A DNA stretch of 63,782 nucleotides, the filler included, from Nemertoderma westbladi (Eukaryota; Animalia; Xenacoelomorpha): NCBI GenBank assembly GCA_032718475.1. It is 3 parts of 3 records of this genome, joined end to end, with 100 filler letters (N's around TTAATTAATTAA, not from the genome) between each part and the next. Parts side by side here need not be neighbours in the genome. Positions count along the whole stretch, not along the records: positions 28,461 to 57,259 come from JAUCBJ010002836.1; 2 more parts are not named here. The stretch is one strand, 5' to 3'. The position numbers were made by a program, and so were the translations under genes. Shown piece by piece: positions 41,087 to 53,137 of the stretch (positions are counted from its first letter, which is position 1; each line of letters starts with the position of its first letter). The notes under the pieces are model-generated. The model was given only the letters and a program-made list of their open reading frames with translations, did no database searches and was not told where the DNA came from.

Positions 41087-43136
41087 CAGTCGGGGTCTCA
41101 AAGTGCATCTGTTCTTTGAGATTTTCTCAAAGTTTTTCTAAAAGTGTCTAAAAGTCATTACATTACTCCCAACGGCCGCTTTGAATTCTTGTAAACACTT
41201 TTAGTTGGGAATCTCAAAGTGATTTCCTGCTTTTAGGCACTTTGAAATCTTTGAATTCTTTGAGAAATGTAACTTTGAGTTAGGTTGCGGCACTTTGAAT
41301 TCTTTGAGAAAATAAACACCGAGGTATTCCTGATTAACAGCTCGTGGTAAGTTAACAGATGCAGAGGCATTCTCGGGGAACATTATCATGCGGGCAACAA
41401 AGTGATATTTGTGTGCTGGCCAGTTGTTGCCTAGAAGCTATTCCCATTAATTGATCATATTGAGGTTCCTGAGGCCATTAAGGGTTTTCAGTCGCAAGTA
41501 CAAATTTAATTTACGGCGCCCTAAAGTCTTTCTAAAAAACATTCTTAAAAATCAAATAATACATGAAACATAATTAGTGAAACAAGATTAATGCTTGACA
41601 AGATTGATTACTTTAATAACATAATACAATATCAGATTAACAATTAATATAAGAAAAACTGCACTGTAGTTTCTCTGTGTATACACAGTTTCATTATAAT
41701 GACCTAAAGAAGCCCTGTTGGGAAAAAGCTTGTAATAGCATTTGTTATTCATTTCATTAGTCACCTCAGGTCAAACCGTACTACCTTAACTGATTAATTA
41801 ATATGATAACTATGGTGACGAGAGCGCGAGAATTCCTTCTTAAAAACTAAGAAAGGCTTTCGACTTTCAAGTACGATAGAACGGCTACACTCTTGTGTTG
41901 TTTTAGCCTAATAGAGATATTAAAATATCCCCTGCCGCTGGCGTTTATATTTGAGCATATTTTAAATGTTTGCCTCATATTCAATTGATGTTACCGCCTT
42001 CTGGCAAAGCGGCACCCAGTTTAAGCTATCAATCACAGCTAGCGAGTAGCGACCCACGGACGGCGACATTCAAACAAACAGGTGCAGAGTCGGAAAGAAC
42101 TGTCACAGGCTTTGCTTGGCTTGTGGTACCATTTGATTACATAATCGATTTTGGCAGACTGGGCGGTCGCTCTGACCTGCATTGCGCACCAACAATGCCT
42201 AAAACATCTATGGGAGCAGCCAATTAGTGAGCTCGAATCATTTCTACATATTCCTGCCTCTATCTTAATTCTTTACTTTGTATAACACAATTTACAGTGC
42301 GGCAAAGAATGGCTGGTTGACCATTGAAATGCATTGGTAAAGGAATTCGGCGTTCACGTGGACTAAACAAATTTAAACAGTACAGTTTTAGCACTATACA
42401 TTAATAAAGATAGGACAACAGACAAACTGTCTATGACACAAATACCAACACATTCCGATATCCCGCAATTACGGCGTCTCTAAAGAGTCCAAATATAAAT
42501 TAATAAAATCCTCTATGAAACAATATCAATACGTACAAAAAAATACTGCAGTAATAAATATTAGTTACTGCAGTAACATATATTTATTTCTGCAGCAACA
42601 AATATTTATTACTGCAGTATCAAATATTTATTACTGCAGCAACAAATATTTATTACTGCAGTAACAAATATTTATTACTGCAGTATAACAAATATTTATT
42701 ACTGCAATAATCAATATTAATAATTTAATAAATAATTGAATAAAAATTTATACTGCAGTAACAAATTATTTGTTACTGCAGAAAAAGACAATTTTCTATT
42801 ACTGCAGTAAATAATTAAATTCTTACTTTCAGTAACAAATATTTATTTTACTGCAGTATTTTTTGGAGGCATTATTATTGTTTCATATTTATTATTTCAT
42901 TATTGTTTTTATTGTTTCATAGAGGTTTTTATTACTTATATTTTACCCTTTAGTCAAAGTCAATATACACCATTCCATAGCCAGCTTCAGGCAGGACTTT
43001 ATGAAATGACTGACAGTATTACTTTGAAATCTTTGAGGACACTTTGTCATTTTCTTGGACCACTTTTAGAACTTTGAGACACTTTTAGATCTTTGAGAAA
43101 ATCTCAAAGAACAGATGCACTTTGAGACCCCGACTG
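41087..43136. mobile_element. Non-autonomous Tc1/mariner-like element
   Basis: Perfect 46-bp TIR cagtcggggtctcaaagtgcatctgttctttgagattttctcaaag, flanked by TA on both sides. Confidence 0.85.
42481..42952. mobile_element. Nested MITE with central (tactgcagtaacaaatattta)n repeats
   Basis: Imperfect inverted ends (taataaaatcctctatgaaacaata / tattgtttcatagaggtttttatta). Confidence 0.55.
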
Positions 43137-43138
43137 TA

Positions 43139-46100
43139 CTCTACCGTTACAAGCGTTTGTTGATAGCTTAATACGCGGCGACGCTAGCCCAACTACTACA
43201 GAGGACGATGGTCGTTATATCGAACCGCCAATGTCCCAGGAGCAACTCACGCGTGAATTGGACTATAGAAAATTCACTGCTCGCTATACGCATCGTAATG
43301 GTACGTATATGGACTTCTTAACTACTTGCCATCCTATCGATTTACACGACACGGACGATGTAGACACCGAAAGGGAAATGGTTTTATTTAAATATCATAC
43401 CCAGCGGAGTCGGAACGATAAACCGAGAATAGAACATGAGAATTCTATTCGAAACCGACTCGAAAGAGAAGACGTTGAAGAGCCGGATAAAAGCAGCGAC
43501 TTCAACGATTATCTGGAATTCTTGAGAGAAACATATCTCAATATTGCCAGTCAACAGAATCTAGAAAGTCGATATCCTCAAGGTATACATCATGACCCCA
43601 TGATAGAACTCAAACGGCTCTATTTCACTATGATGTATCTTACCGCCAATCGACCGCTACCTGTCGTCCCAGATAGCTTCAAACAGATGGAGGAATATTG
43701 TAAAACTGGAGAACGATCATCCGCGTTTCCCCTGCAGGACGTGCGTCTTTGGTATTACTGTGATGAATGCCCTAGACCCAACCAGCAAACGGAAAGACAT
43801 AAACATCCGCGGAGACGTTGTGCTAAACACAGTTTTACTCGTTATACCTATGGGAGTTTCGAGCGAAACTTGTTCGATGTATCACCTACGCTCGCTCGAC
43901 TCAAACGATCCTTTAATAAACCCATGATCAGAGTTCCGGAATACTCGGTCAGACCTCCTCATTCCTTAGTGATACCTCAAACGCTTGATCCTAATAGTAT
44001 AACGGATCCCCCTGAACTGTACTCACTATTTAAAGATCTTGTGTTACCCGAACAATTAATCGGTGGCACTCCGGTAGTGGGCTCGCTAGATATTCGCCCT
44101 TCCTACCTAGCCGGATTGGGACGTGGGCATCTAATATTGCCGTTCAACCCGTACAATCGTCCCGGTTTAACCCCGATACAACCCGTCACTGAAGTTGAGG
44201 AGAGCGTTGTACGAAACGCATTAGACGCTATTCGGCAGAAGATCGGAAAAGGAACTTACGATTGTTTAGAGAAACGCAAATTGCAGCAACAAGTCCAAGC
44301 GGTGAAGGAATTAGCTTTACCCCAGTTCGATCGAGAAATACAGAACCTCGAGGAAGACATTGAACTTGGACGAACCTATTCTCTACAAGAGTTCCTAGAC
44401 GAGCGTTTACAACGACAAGCGGAGGAAAATCAGCTCGAGGAGAAACATATAGAAATGGATGAGAGAGAAGAAGCAGCTTTAGCCCAGCCAGAAGCTCAAA
44501 TCCTTATGACTGATCTCTATTCTAAAACCATCATTCATCCTTCGATGGTTCCCCATTTCGGAGACAAACTCTTTGCCACGGCACAACCTCAACCGGTTGA
44601 TATCAACCTAAGATCTCGAGATCTTATCGCTGACACTCCTATGTTGCAACGTCCGCCAATCGAGGCCGCTCGTGTCGATGGTATACTCGTTGAACCTCCG
44701 GACAATAGAGCGGATCTTGTCCGTCGTATGGTACACGAGGTCAACATACGCGCTAGACCTTTACCGAACTCGTTTTATGGGATCAAAGATCACCCTTATT
44801 ATGTCAATCTAACTCAATATTACATGGTAAAACCGGAAGATCCTACACATAGTCTAAGGTTTCTACCACTAATAAATCCTCTCGATCTCGTCGAACTCGA
44901 ACAACTGCAGAAACATTTGGATCAGTTAGTGAAAGTAAACTCATTCCGAAAACCCTATAATGTTTCCAGAATAGAGAAGGATGTAATACCTCCGTATAAT
45001 CTCGATGGATTTATCAAAACTCGATTAGTCCACTGGAATCTCGACGTGTTATTCGAGGAGGAAAGAATACAATGATATGGAGATGTAGAAACATATACTA
45101 TACAGTATTTGAAGTATAGAGATCTACCTAACGCTAGCAAATGCGCCACCTTGTGGCATCCAGTGGGAATGACCCTAGAAAACACCACTAAAGAGTGGAA
45201 CGAAACTCTTAACGTTATCGAGATGTATGGAGTTTTCACTTACGATAACGAAGGTAGCGTTCCGGTTGGAGAACTGGGAACTACGCGTATGATACATATA
45301 CGAGGACTAGCTGGTTCTACCCACGTATTTACTCGAGCGTGTTCCGACGTGATTGATTATTCTTTTGAGACTCTCACCGAGATACAAAAGAAACTCCGAC
45401 ATGGACAATTCGAACTCGCGCAGCGTTGCGTCACTGACACCGAGCGCAAACCAGCCATGGGTATCGATGGATCGATGTTACCCCAGCCCGTGCTCAAGAT
45501 GTTGTTTAACGAAAGAATCCTTAAAATACGCTCAGCTGTTTATGGAGATCTCCAAAATGACTTTAGGAACATGGAGAATATCCCATATCCTTTCGTAGAT
45601 ACTCAGCTGATTGCTCCCTGGGCAGAAGGCCAAGGTTTCGTTCGCACTATGTATGCCAATACCCCCAGTGGTATCACTAAAGTACAACGAACCTCCGTCG
45701 GACATCTTGCCTTTCAAGAATACGGATGGAATTTCAAAGTCGGAAACTCTATCAACTATCAACAAATATATAGAGATCATTATTCTCGATTATACTTTGA
45801 CGGACCATTGACCGCACCTTGCGTCGTGTATAGCTTCATGAGTGTTCCACTTCGTCCCTCCTTAGCTATATACACGATCTTTGAAAACGCCACACTTGCC
45901 GGTTGGCTAGCCGATGTGTGCAGTCGTACTATACGCGCCCATCCCTTAATACTTGGAACCAAACTCGCCAAGCTAGATGAACACAATAAATTCATCCGCT
46001 TCGAATGTTTCAGGCGCTTTCTGACTCCGTTCCGTAACGTTGATAGTCAGTTCAAGGACCGCGCTCTGACCAAGCTCAGCCTAAGAGACTCAGCTGCTGA

Positions 46101-47366
46101 GAAGTTAGACAGCTCTGGATTCGCCATTTTCAAGGATGTTTGTCTACAGAACTTACATTCTTCTGTTATACAAAGACCTCGAATCCCCATGGGTTATTCT
46201 ATCGTGGAAGTTCAGACAGTGGGTTGGCTTGAGAAGACAGCCACACCTACCTCAGCTATGCAATTGGAAGACGAACCAATATGCTTAGAATCCGAGGAGA
46301 TTCAGCCTACAGCGCCCCGGAGCAGCGAAAACGACTATGTCTTGGAATGGTATCAAGGTCCACAGTGTCTCACCGCATACGACTATCGGCATGCCAACTA
46401 TGTTTCTCGAAAACGTTGCCGATTATGCGCATCGAGAGATCATCTCACCTCCATGGACTCAGACGTACCCTGCTCCTATTTCCATCATTCCATGAGCAAC
46501 CGGCGATGGAGATCTATTGTGCGTATTGCAGACTCAATAACTTTACCAATTTATTTTCGACCTCGATTAATTTAGACCAATTTATGACTCAATGCCATCA
46601 TTGTCAACTTAAAGGACATGCCAGTTTTGATTGCCCTTTTAACCGCGATCTTGAAAGCGTAGATGAAATGATTACCCTACGCTACATCCGAGCTTGGGAA
46701 GCGAATGCGGATTTACATTGTGAGTCACGCCATCGCTATTACCCTGGACGCGCCTACGAAGGAGTTTATGCGTTCCATCCTTATCTATTCGCGTCTGTTG
46801 AACAAAAATCACGCACACCGAGTTACAAACCAATGAAGCGTGTTGGTGAGTGTATTTCAACCAAATTTGTTCGTAAATATCTCAGGAACATTAATCCTAA
46901 CGATATTAATTCCTATAACTTGATCAACTTCACCCGTCAAGATCCGGAGTATGGCGATTTGTTCATCAACTCGCATCCAGAGTTACAGGAAGTGCATCGA
47001 CGGCCCTACGAATATCGAGCCCGAGAACGCAAGTTGGAAAGAACCATTAAACCGAGGAAGTTTCTCACTACCCATGGTCCACCCACCGCTCTCGTTCAGA
47101 CGACTCGTCAGGGACCAGTAAGAGCTGCTGTCCTGAAACGCGCTCTAAAGGCCGTTCGACCTCGCTCCACTGAGGTTGATATCGATCAACCAGGTACCTC
47201 GACCGGCGGATACACCGACCGTAATCCTAAACCTTCCGATGCAATCGTATTGCACCCTTCACCCAGGAGATATAGCCCTCCTAGTAAAGTGGCTCGCCCC
47301 AAAGAGAAAAGGACTCTTGCTAGCCTCAAAAAACTACGTAAACGCCGTCCGCGCAAGAAAGACTAA
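43139..47366 (+). pseudogene. LTR-retrotransposon accessory ORF (~1400 codons; one in-frame stop, one frameshift): unknown/coiled-coil region, DEDDy-like 3'-5' exonuclease, CCHC knuckles, basic tail
   Basis: ORFs 43231-45075 and 45109-46575 share a frame separated only by TGA at 45073. The frame is open back to the TIR at 43136. ExoI GVFTYDNEG, LPQPVLKMLFNERILKI, FVDTQ, PLT......Y. Frameshift near 46480 into CAYC and CHHCQLKGHASFDC (CX2CX4HX4C). Followed by a purine-rich tract and an LTR. Confidence 0.7.
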
Positions 47367-47444
47367 CTGTTTAGAGTATTTTTATATTTTAGAAACTGTG
47401 ATTTTTTATATTTTATAGAATTAAATCCCATTTTCTGGGAGCAG

Positions 47445-48631
47445 TGTAAAGGCTTTTGCGGACATAACTAGTCATTTTCTCCGCAAAGTACTCTGTAGGT
47501 GTTTTAGCGGACATAAAAAGCCGTTTTTCTTACTGTATAGGTGTTTTAGTGGACATAAAAAGCCATTTTTCTGTATGTGTACTTTAGCGGACATAACAAG
47601 CCATTTTATGCCGCAATACGCCAAAATATTCTTAATACAGTGTGGCTTAGATGACGAAATCTATCAGCTGATTTTGATGTCGATGTGGAGCTTTTTAACT
47701 CTCTTTGTTCAGCTCACTCGACCAATCAGAGCGATTTTCATTTTATTTGCACAGAAGCCTACGGGAAATCGCGCAATGCATGACGGTTTTTGTTTACCTT
47801 TTCCTGAGCCCCAGAACATCGGCTTTGGAATTATTCTTAGTTTCAGACTTTAGCCAAACATTCGACGGCTTTGATTATAGGAACGTATAACTGTTATCAG
47901 CCCATACCAAAGCAAACCATACCATACTCAGTACACACGAACCATACATATCTGTTTACTGTCGGTTATTAATTGTTATAAGTTGGTGGATATGTTGTTA
48001 TATTTGGAGAATATCGATAAATAATCATAAAACCCCAATCTTCTTGATATACTGAAGGTTAGAGAGACCGGTTACCTGTAGCAATTGCGACTTACATTAT
48101 AGTGGTTTTGGAGTGAATTGAATGCTATTTCATAATCCCTACATGTGTCAGTTACTATTCTCCTTATATATGATCAAATTTGGTGAAGGTCGGCAGATCA
48201 GTGTTCAGCAGTGTGCGGTAGTGTGCATGAGTGTGACAGATAACAAAGCATTTCCTAAAGAATGCGCTTTATACGAAAATCATTAGCCATCCCATTGTGT
48301 TTAGTGTAAGTCATAGCTCTGTTTATATACTTAGGGCGCCACGTCCTAAAGGAACTGTTAATATTTCCCGAAAGTAAATAATATTTGTCAGAGATATTAT
48401 AGTAACGAGCAATCGAATAATACAGTAAGTCTACACCGCAATAAGGTCAGAGCCTCCGAATCCAGTCTCCCTTAACTGTGGGTGAATGGTCGCGTATAGG
48501 CTGGCTTCGGCTAATGTAACTTTATATTTTATATATGCAACAAATACTTGTTATAGGCTAAAGTCGATTTATAAACTAGAAGACACCTAAAATTGGCGGG
48601 TTAAACTGCTAAAGGTCTAAAAGCGCGAACA
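47445..48631 (+). mobile_element. LTR copy C (3' LTR)
   Basis: Preceded by gggagcag (PPT-like). Runs TGTAAAGGCTTTTGCGG ... AAAGCGCGAACA. Four GGACATAA-containing U3 repeats and a CCAATCAGAGCGATTTT block shared with copy A. Confidence 0.85.
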
Positions 48632-49073
48632 TAATGTCTTAATAACTAATTATATTCATTCATACAATAAGCAATGTAGCCAATTAAGGCTGTGATTGAC
48701 AAATTAACCGCACAATTAATTAATTGACAAAACAAAAATCAAACTAGTAGAGATCATATCCAAACCTGTATAAATATAAATAAACGCAACGATATAACTA
48801 ACACATGTACGTACACTATATTAACTGTAGAGGGGGATACTGTCCCTCCTGCGAAAAGCAAAATATATTTATCAGTATTAATTAATGTAACTTAAAGAAA
48901 TTGAGCCTTATTCGAAGAAATTCTACATGGGCATTTTGGACCTATACCGCCACTGCTTGGCTCTTTGGAAGTGTATTTCCGTAAAGCTCTATTGTATGGC
49001 TCTAGACCAACCCAAAGCAACATTAGTATGTGAACACAGAATTCCATTCCCCATTCATTTCAATGGTAGCCAA

Positions 49074-50672
49074 CTTGTGGGGCGAGCCACGAAGTTGGCG
49101 GAGCCTTAGCGAATTGACACTGTTAGGGGGTGGGTCAATTTATGCAAATAGTTGTAGTCGTCGTCGTTGTCGTCGTCGTCGTCGTTGTCGTCGTCGTTAC
49201 GATTTTGACATGCTAATAACTTTGTCGGATTTAAAGCTGCCAAGTTGAAAATTTGTAGGTATCAATATGAGCAAAAGTTGAGATTTTTGAGAGACTTTCA
49301 GACACCATCAGTGCAATGGTCTCCCGCTAGAGGGCCACATGTCTAAACATTAAATGGCCACCCATTTCTTTGCTTTTAATCCGTTTAAGCTGAAACTTGG
49401 GAAGTATGTACTAGACCATTAGCTGTAAATTTCAAAGGAGGCTAATCTGTCTGCAGTTCTCCAGTCTGCCGCTAGAGGGCGAAATGTCCCGAATGTGAAA
49501 TTATTCTTCCATTTAGTTGTTTATGATCTGATTACGCTGAAACTTGTCATATATGTACTAGATGACATCCTGAGTCTTTGTGTGGATTGTAATCGGTCCG
49601 AAGTTTTCCAGTCTGCCGGTAGAGGGCCACATGTCTAAACATTAAATGGCCACCCATTTCTTTGCTTTTAATCCGTTTAAGCTGAAACTTGGGAAGTATG
49701 TACTAGACCATTAGCTGTAAATTTCAAAGGAGGCTAATCTGTCTGCAGTTCTCCAGTCTGCCGCTAGAGGGCGAAATGTCCCGAATGTGAAATTATTCTT
49801 CCATTTAGTTGTTTATGATCTGATTACGCTGAAACTTGTCATATATGTACTAGATGACATCCTGAGTCTTTGTGTGGATTGTAATCGGTCCGAAGTTTTC
49901 CAGTCTGCCGGTAGAGGGCCACATGTCTAAACATTAAATGGCCACCCATTTCTTTGCTTTTAATCCGTTTAAGCTGAAACTTGGGAAGTATGTACTAGAC
50001 CATTAGCTGTAAATTTCAAAGGTGGCTAATCTGTCTGCAGTTCTCCAGTCTGCCGCTAGAGGGCGAAATGTCCCGAATGTGAAATTATTCTTCCATTTAG
50101 TTGTTTACGATCTGATTACGCTGAAACTTGTCATATATGTACTAGAAGACATCCTAAGTCTTTGTGTGGACAGTAATCGGTCCGGAGTTTTCGAGTCTGC
50201 CGCTAGAGGGCGAAATGTAGGAAAGTGATAACCTTCGCGAATTCCTTGATCTTAATCTATTTAAGCTGAATTTTGGAATATACAGTACCGGTATGTACTA
50301 GACCACATGCCTCGTCTTTGTGAGGAAGGTGATCGATCCGTAGTTCTTTAATATGCCGCTAGAGGGCTAAATGTATGAAAGTGAAAACCTTCCAACATTT
50401 CGTTATTTATGATCCGTCAATCCGAAACTTGGTAGATATGTAATAGACCATAGGCTGTGGCTTTGTAGGGAAACTAATCCTTCCTTCTTCAGTTACCCAG
50501 TCTCCCGCTAGAGGGTTAACGTTTTCCGGGAAAATCTTCTCCTATGTTTTTATAATCCTTTCGAGTTGATACTTAGCATTTCCTATGTTTTTATAATCCT
50601 TTCGAGTTGATACTTAGCATTAACTCATTTCACGTGCTGCGCGAAGGCCCCACTTCGTGTCTTTCTTGTATT
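49074..50672 (+). mobile_element. Helentron-like non-autonomous element (HINE type) with a central satellite
   Basis: Subterminal inverted motifs gtggggc / gccccac and a (GTC)n microsatellite near the left end. Central 292-bp repeats built from two ~146-bp monomers (ccgctagagggc). Family fragments at 1870, 3430-3545 and 22360. Confidence 0.65.
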
Positions 50673-51235
50673 GGGGGTAGACCACTGGTTAGCTTTCTGC
50701 TATTGTGTTATTCAAAGATAGCGGCAGGAATAAAGAGAAATACCGACCTCACTAATGGGCTGTTCCTTCAGGTCAGCTTAAGTTACAGTGTGAATGTTCA
50801 AGGGCGCCGCCAGTGGCCAGTCCACTGTGTCGTTATTGTGGCTTTATGAATGGAGTTCCTTTAGTAGTTTCAAACGCTTTCATTCTATCAGCGCGCAAGA
50901 AGATGGGAGTTGAGTTGGGGTTGAGTGTGGGTGGAGTGATTGACAGGTTGTTGGAAGTTGTCTGATTCTGTTTGAAACTGTCTGAATCTGTTTGAAACTG
51001 TCTGAATCTGTTTGAAACTGTCTGAATCTGTTTGAAGTTGTTGGACTGTTGGAGTTTGTCTGAAAGTGTTTGAAGCTGTTGGATCCGATCGGTTCAGATC
51101 GGATCCGATGGTACTCTGTTGGTGAGCTGGACTGTATGTCCTTACAACCCTTCCCACAGAGTGGCCGATGCTCGAATGCTTAGGCATCTAATAAAATGTA
51201 GAAAGCCGGTGGGGTGGAGTTTGTCAAAATGTGGA

Positions 51236-52077
51236 ATGGGAGCAATGGGGTAATGGGAGCTATAGGGAGACATTTGTAATGGGAGCAATGGGGAGACTCG
51301 GCTAATGGGAGCAATGAGGAGACACATGTAATGGGAGCAATAGAGGTGATGCTATCTATAGGGAGACATTTGTAATGGGAGCTATGGGTAATGGGGGGCA
51401 ATGGGAGCTATGGCCAATGGGAGCTATGGGAGCCAATGGGAGCTATGGGCAATGGGAGGCAATGGGAGCTATGGGCAATGGGAGCCAATGGGAGCTATGG
51501 GCAATGGGAGCTAATGGGAGCTATGGGCAATGGGAGCTATGGAAGCCAATGGGAGCTATAGGAGCCATAAGGAGCCATAGGGAGCTAATGGGAGCTATGG
51601 GCAATGGAAGCTATGGGAGCCAATGGGAGCTATAGGGCCAATGGGAGCTATAGGAGCCAATGGGAGCTATAGGAGCCATAAGGAGCCATAGGGAGCTAAT
51701 GGGAGCTATAGGAGCCATAAGGAGCCATAGGGAGCTAATGGGAGCTATGGGCAATGGAAGCTATGGGAGCCAATGGGAGCTATAGGGCCAATGGGAGCTA
51801 TAGGAGCCATAAGGAGCCATAGGGAGCTAATGGGAGCTATGTGTAATGGGAGCAATGGGGAGACTCGGCTAATGGGAGCAATGGCTAATGGGAGCTATGG
51901 GGAGACTAGGCTAATGGGAGCAATGGGGAGACTCGGCTAATGGGAGCAATGGGGAGACTCGGCTAATTGGAGCAAAGGCCAAGGGAGCTATAGGAGCCAT
52001 AAGGAGCCATAGGGAGCTAATGGGAGCTATGGGCAATGGGAGCTATTGTCAATGGGAGCTATAGGAGCCATAGGGAG
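51236..52077. repeat. G-rich ~10/20-bp tandem repeat (aatgggagct/atgggc) in the 3' non-coding region of the second BEL element
   Basis: Dense ATGGGAGC units between the accessory ORF fragment and the PPT. Confidence 0.9.
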
Positions 52078-52169
52078 CGAGTGGGGGGGGGGGGGGGGGG
52101 GGGGGCTGGTCCAAAGGGGGGCAATCCCTCACTACTCACCTCCTCCTGATTGATTCTCCGCCTGCGCTT

Positions 52170-52553
52170 TCAATGCTTCGGCCCAATCAGTGTCAGGTTC
52201 ACATCTGCATCCCGGTCAGGGATAGCAATGGGAGGCGCCTGGGCTTGTCCCTCTGTATCGACTCCCAGGTATCCCAGTTCTTTAACGTCATCCACGAAGC
52301 GCTTCCAGTATCCCCTCGGCTCGTCTCCGGGTTCTATGGGAACTCCTAGCGATCGCTCATTGCCCACCTTGATGTAGTGTAAGCTTTCACGGCACGCCTT
52401 CAGGAGTGGCCTCGTCCCGTATGTCGTCGTCCTCAGTCTGTCAAATCTGTTCATAAGCGACGTTTGCAGCTTATATCCCTGCTGGTCCGTGGATAGGCGC
52501 TGGAAAGATCTCGTTCCGGCCCAGAAGGTGTACGTACCGCTGTCATCCGACAT
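52170..52553 (-). pseudogene. Fragment of an accessory DEDD exonuclease-like ORF downstream of integrase
   Basis: WKRFVDDVKELGYLGVDTEG has the same W-x10-G-x4-DxEG spacing as WNETLNVIEMYGVFTYDNEG in 45109-46575. Truncated after ExoI. Confidence 0.55.
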
Positions 52554-53137
52554 GACGCTACCCGCCCACTAAATGCCAGAGGCAACGGAATTAAGATTTT
52601 GCTTGGTTGCTCGTTTTTAAGGTTGCCAGTCCTATACATATATTATTATTATTATATTATTATTATTATATTATATTATTATATATTAGTATAGTATAAT
52701 TAACGTTTATATTGTCCAATATACGAATAATCAATCAATCAATCAATTGTTATTACAGTTAGCTAGTAAAGGTTGACAGTTAAACCTTTTGTAATAAGTG
52801 TATTTGTACCACAAATTCCCCCTACATTACAAACTGTCTGAGGTACATTTAGTATTCTAGAATATTACGTAATTATGGATGGTACTGTGTGCTATTTATT
52901 ATTATTATTAAAATCACAAATTAATATGATTGCACAGTAAGCAATAAATCGTTTATATATAATTCTTACAATTATAGTAAGTAAGCCAACTAGGCCAATT
53001 GGTTATGAAATAATATTATAAAGACACTAAAGGCAAATAAAGTATTATCAGTTTATTACTTCGCTGGTATTACTGCAAATCGTCTGACACCACGTATTTA
53101 TAGTCGGGCTGTCGCGACTAAATTCACGTTAATAAAG

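Noticed and set aside
28461-48631. Treating the gag-pro half and the cargo/LTR half as one insertion
   Set aside because: They are on opposite strands, the LTRs are clearly diverged, and a LINE lies between them. They are related but separate elements.
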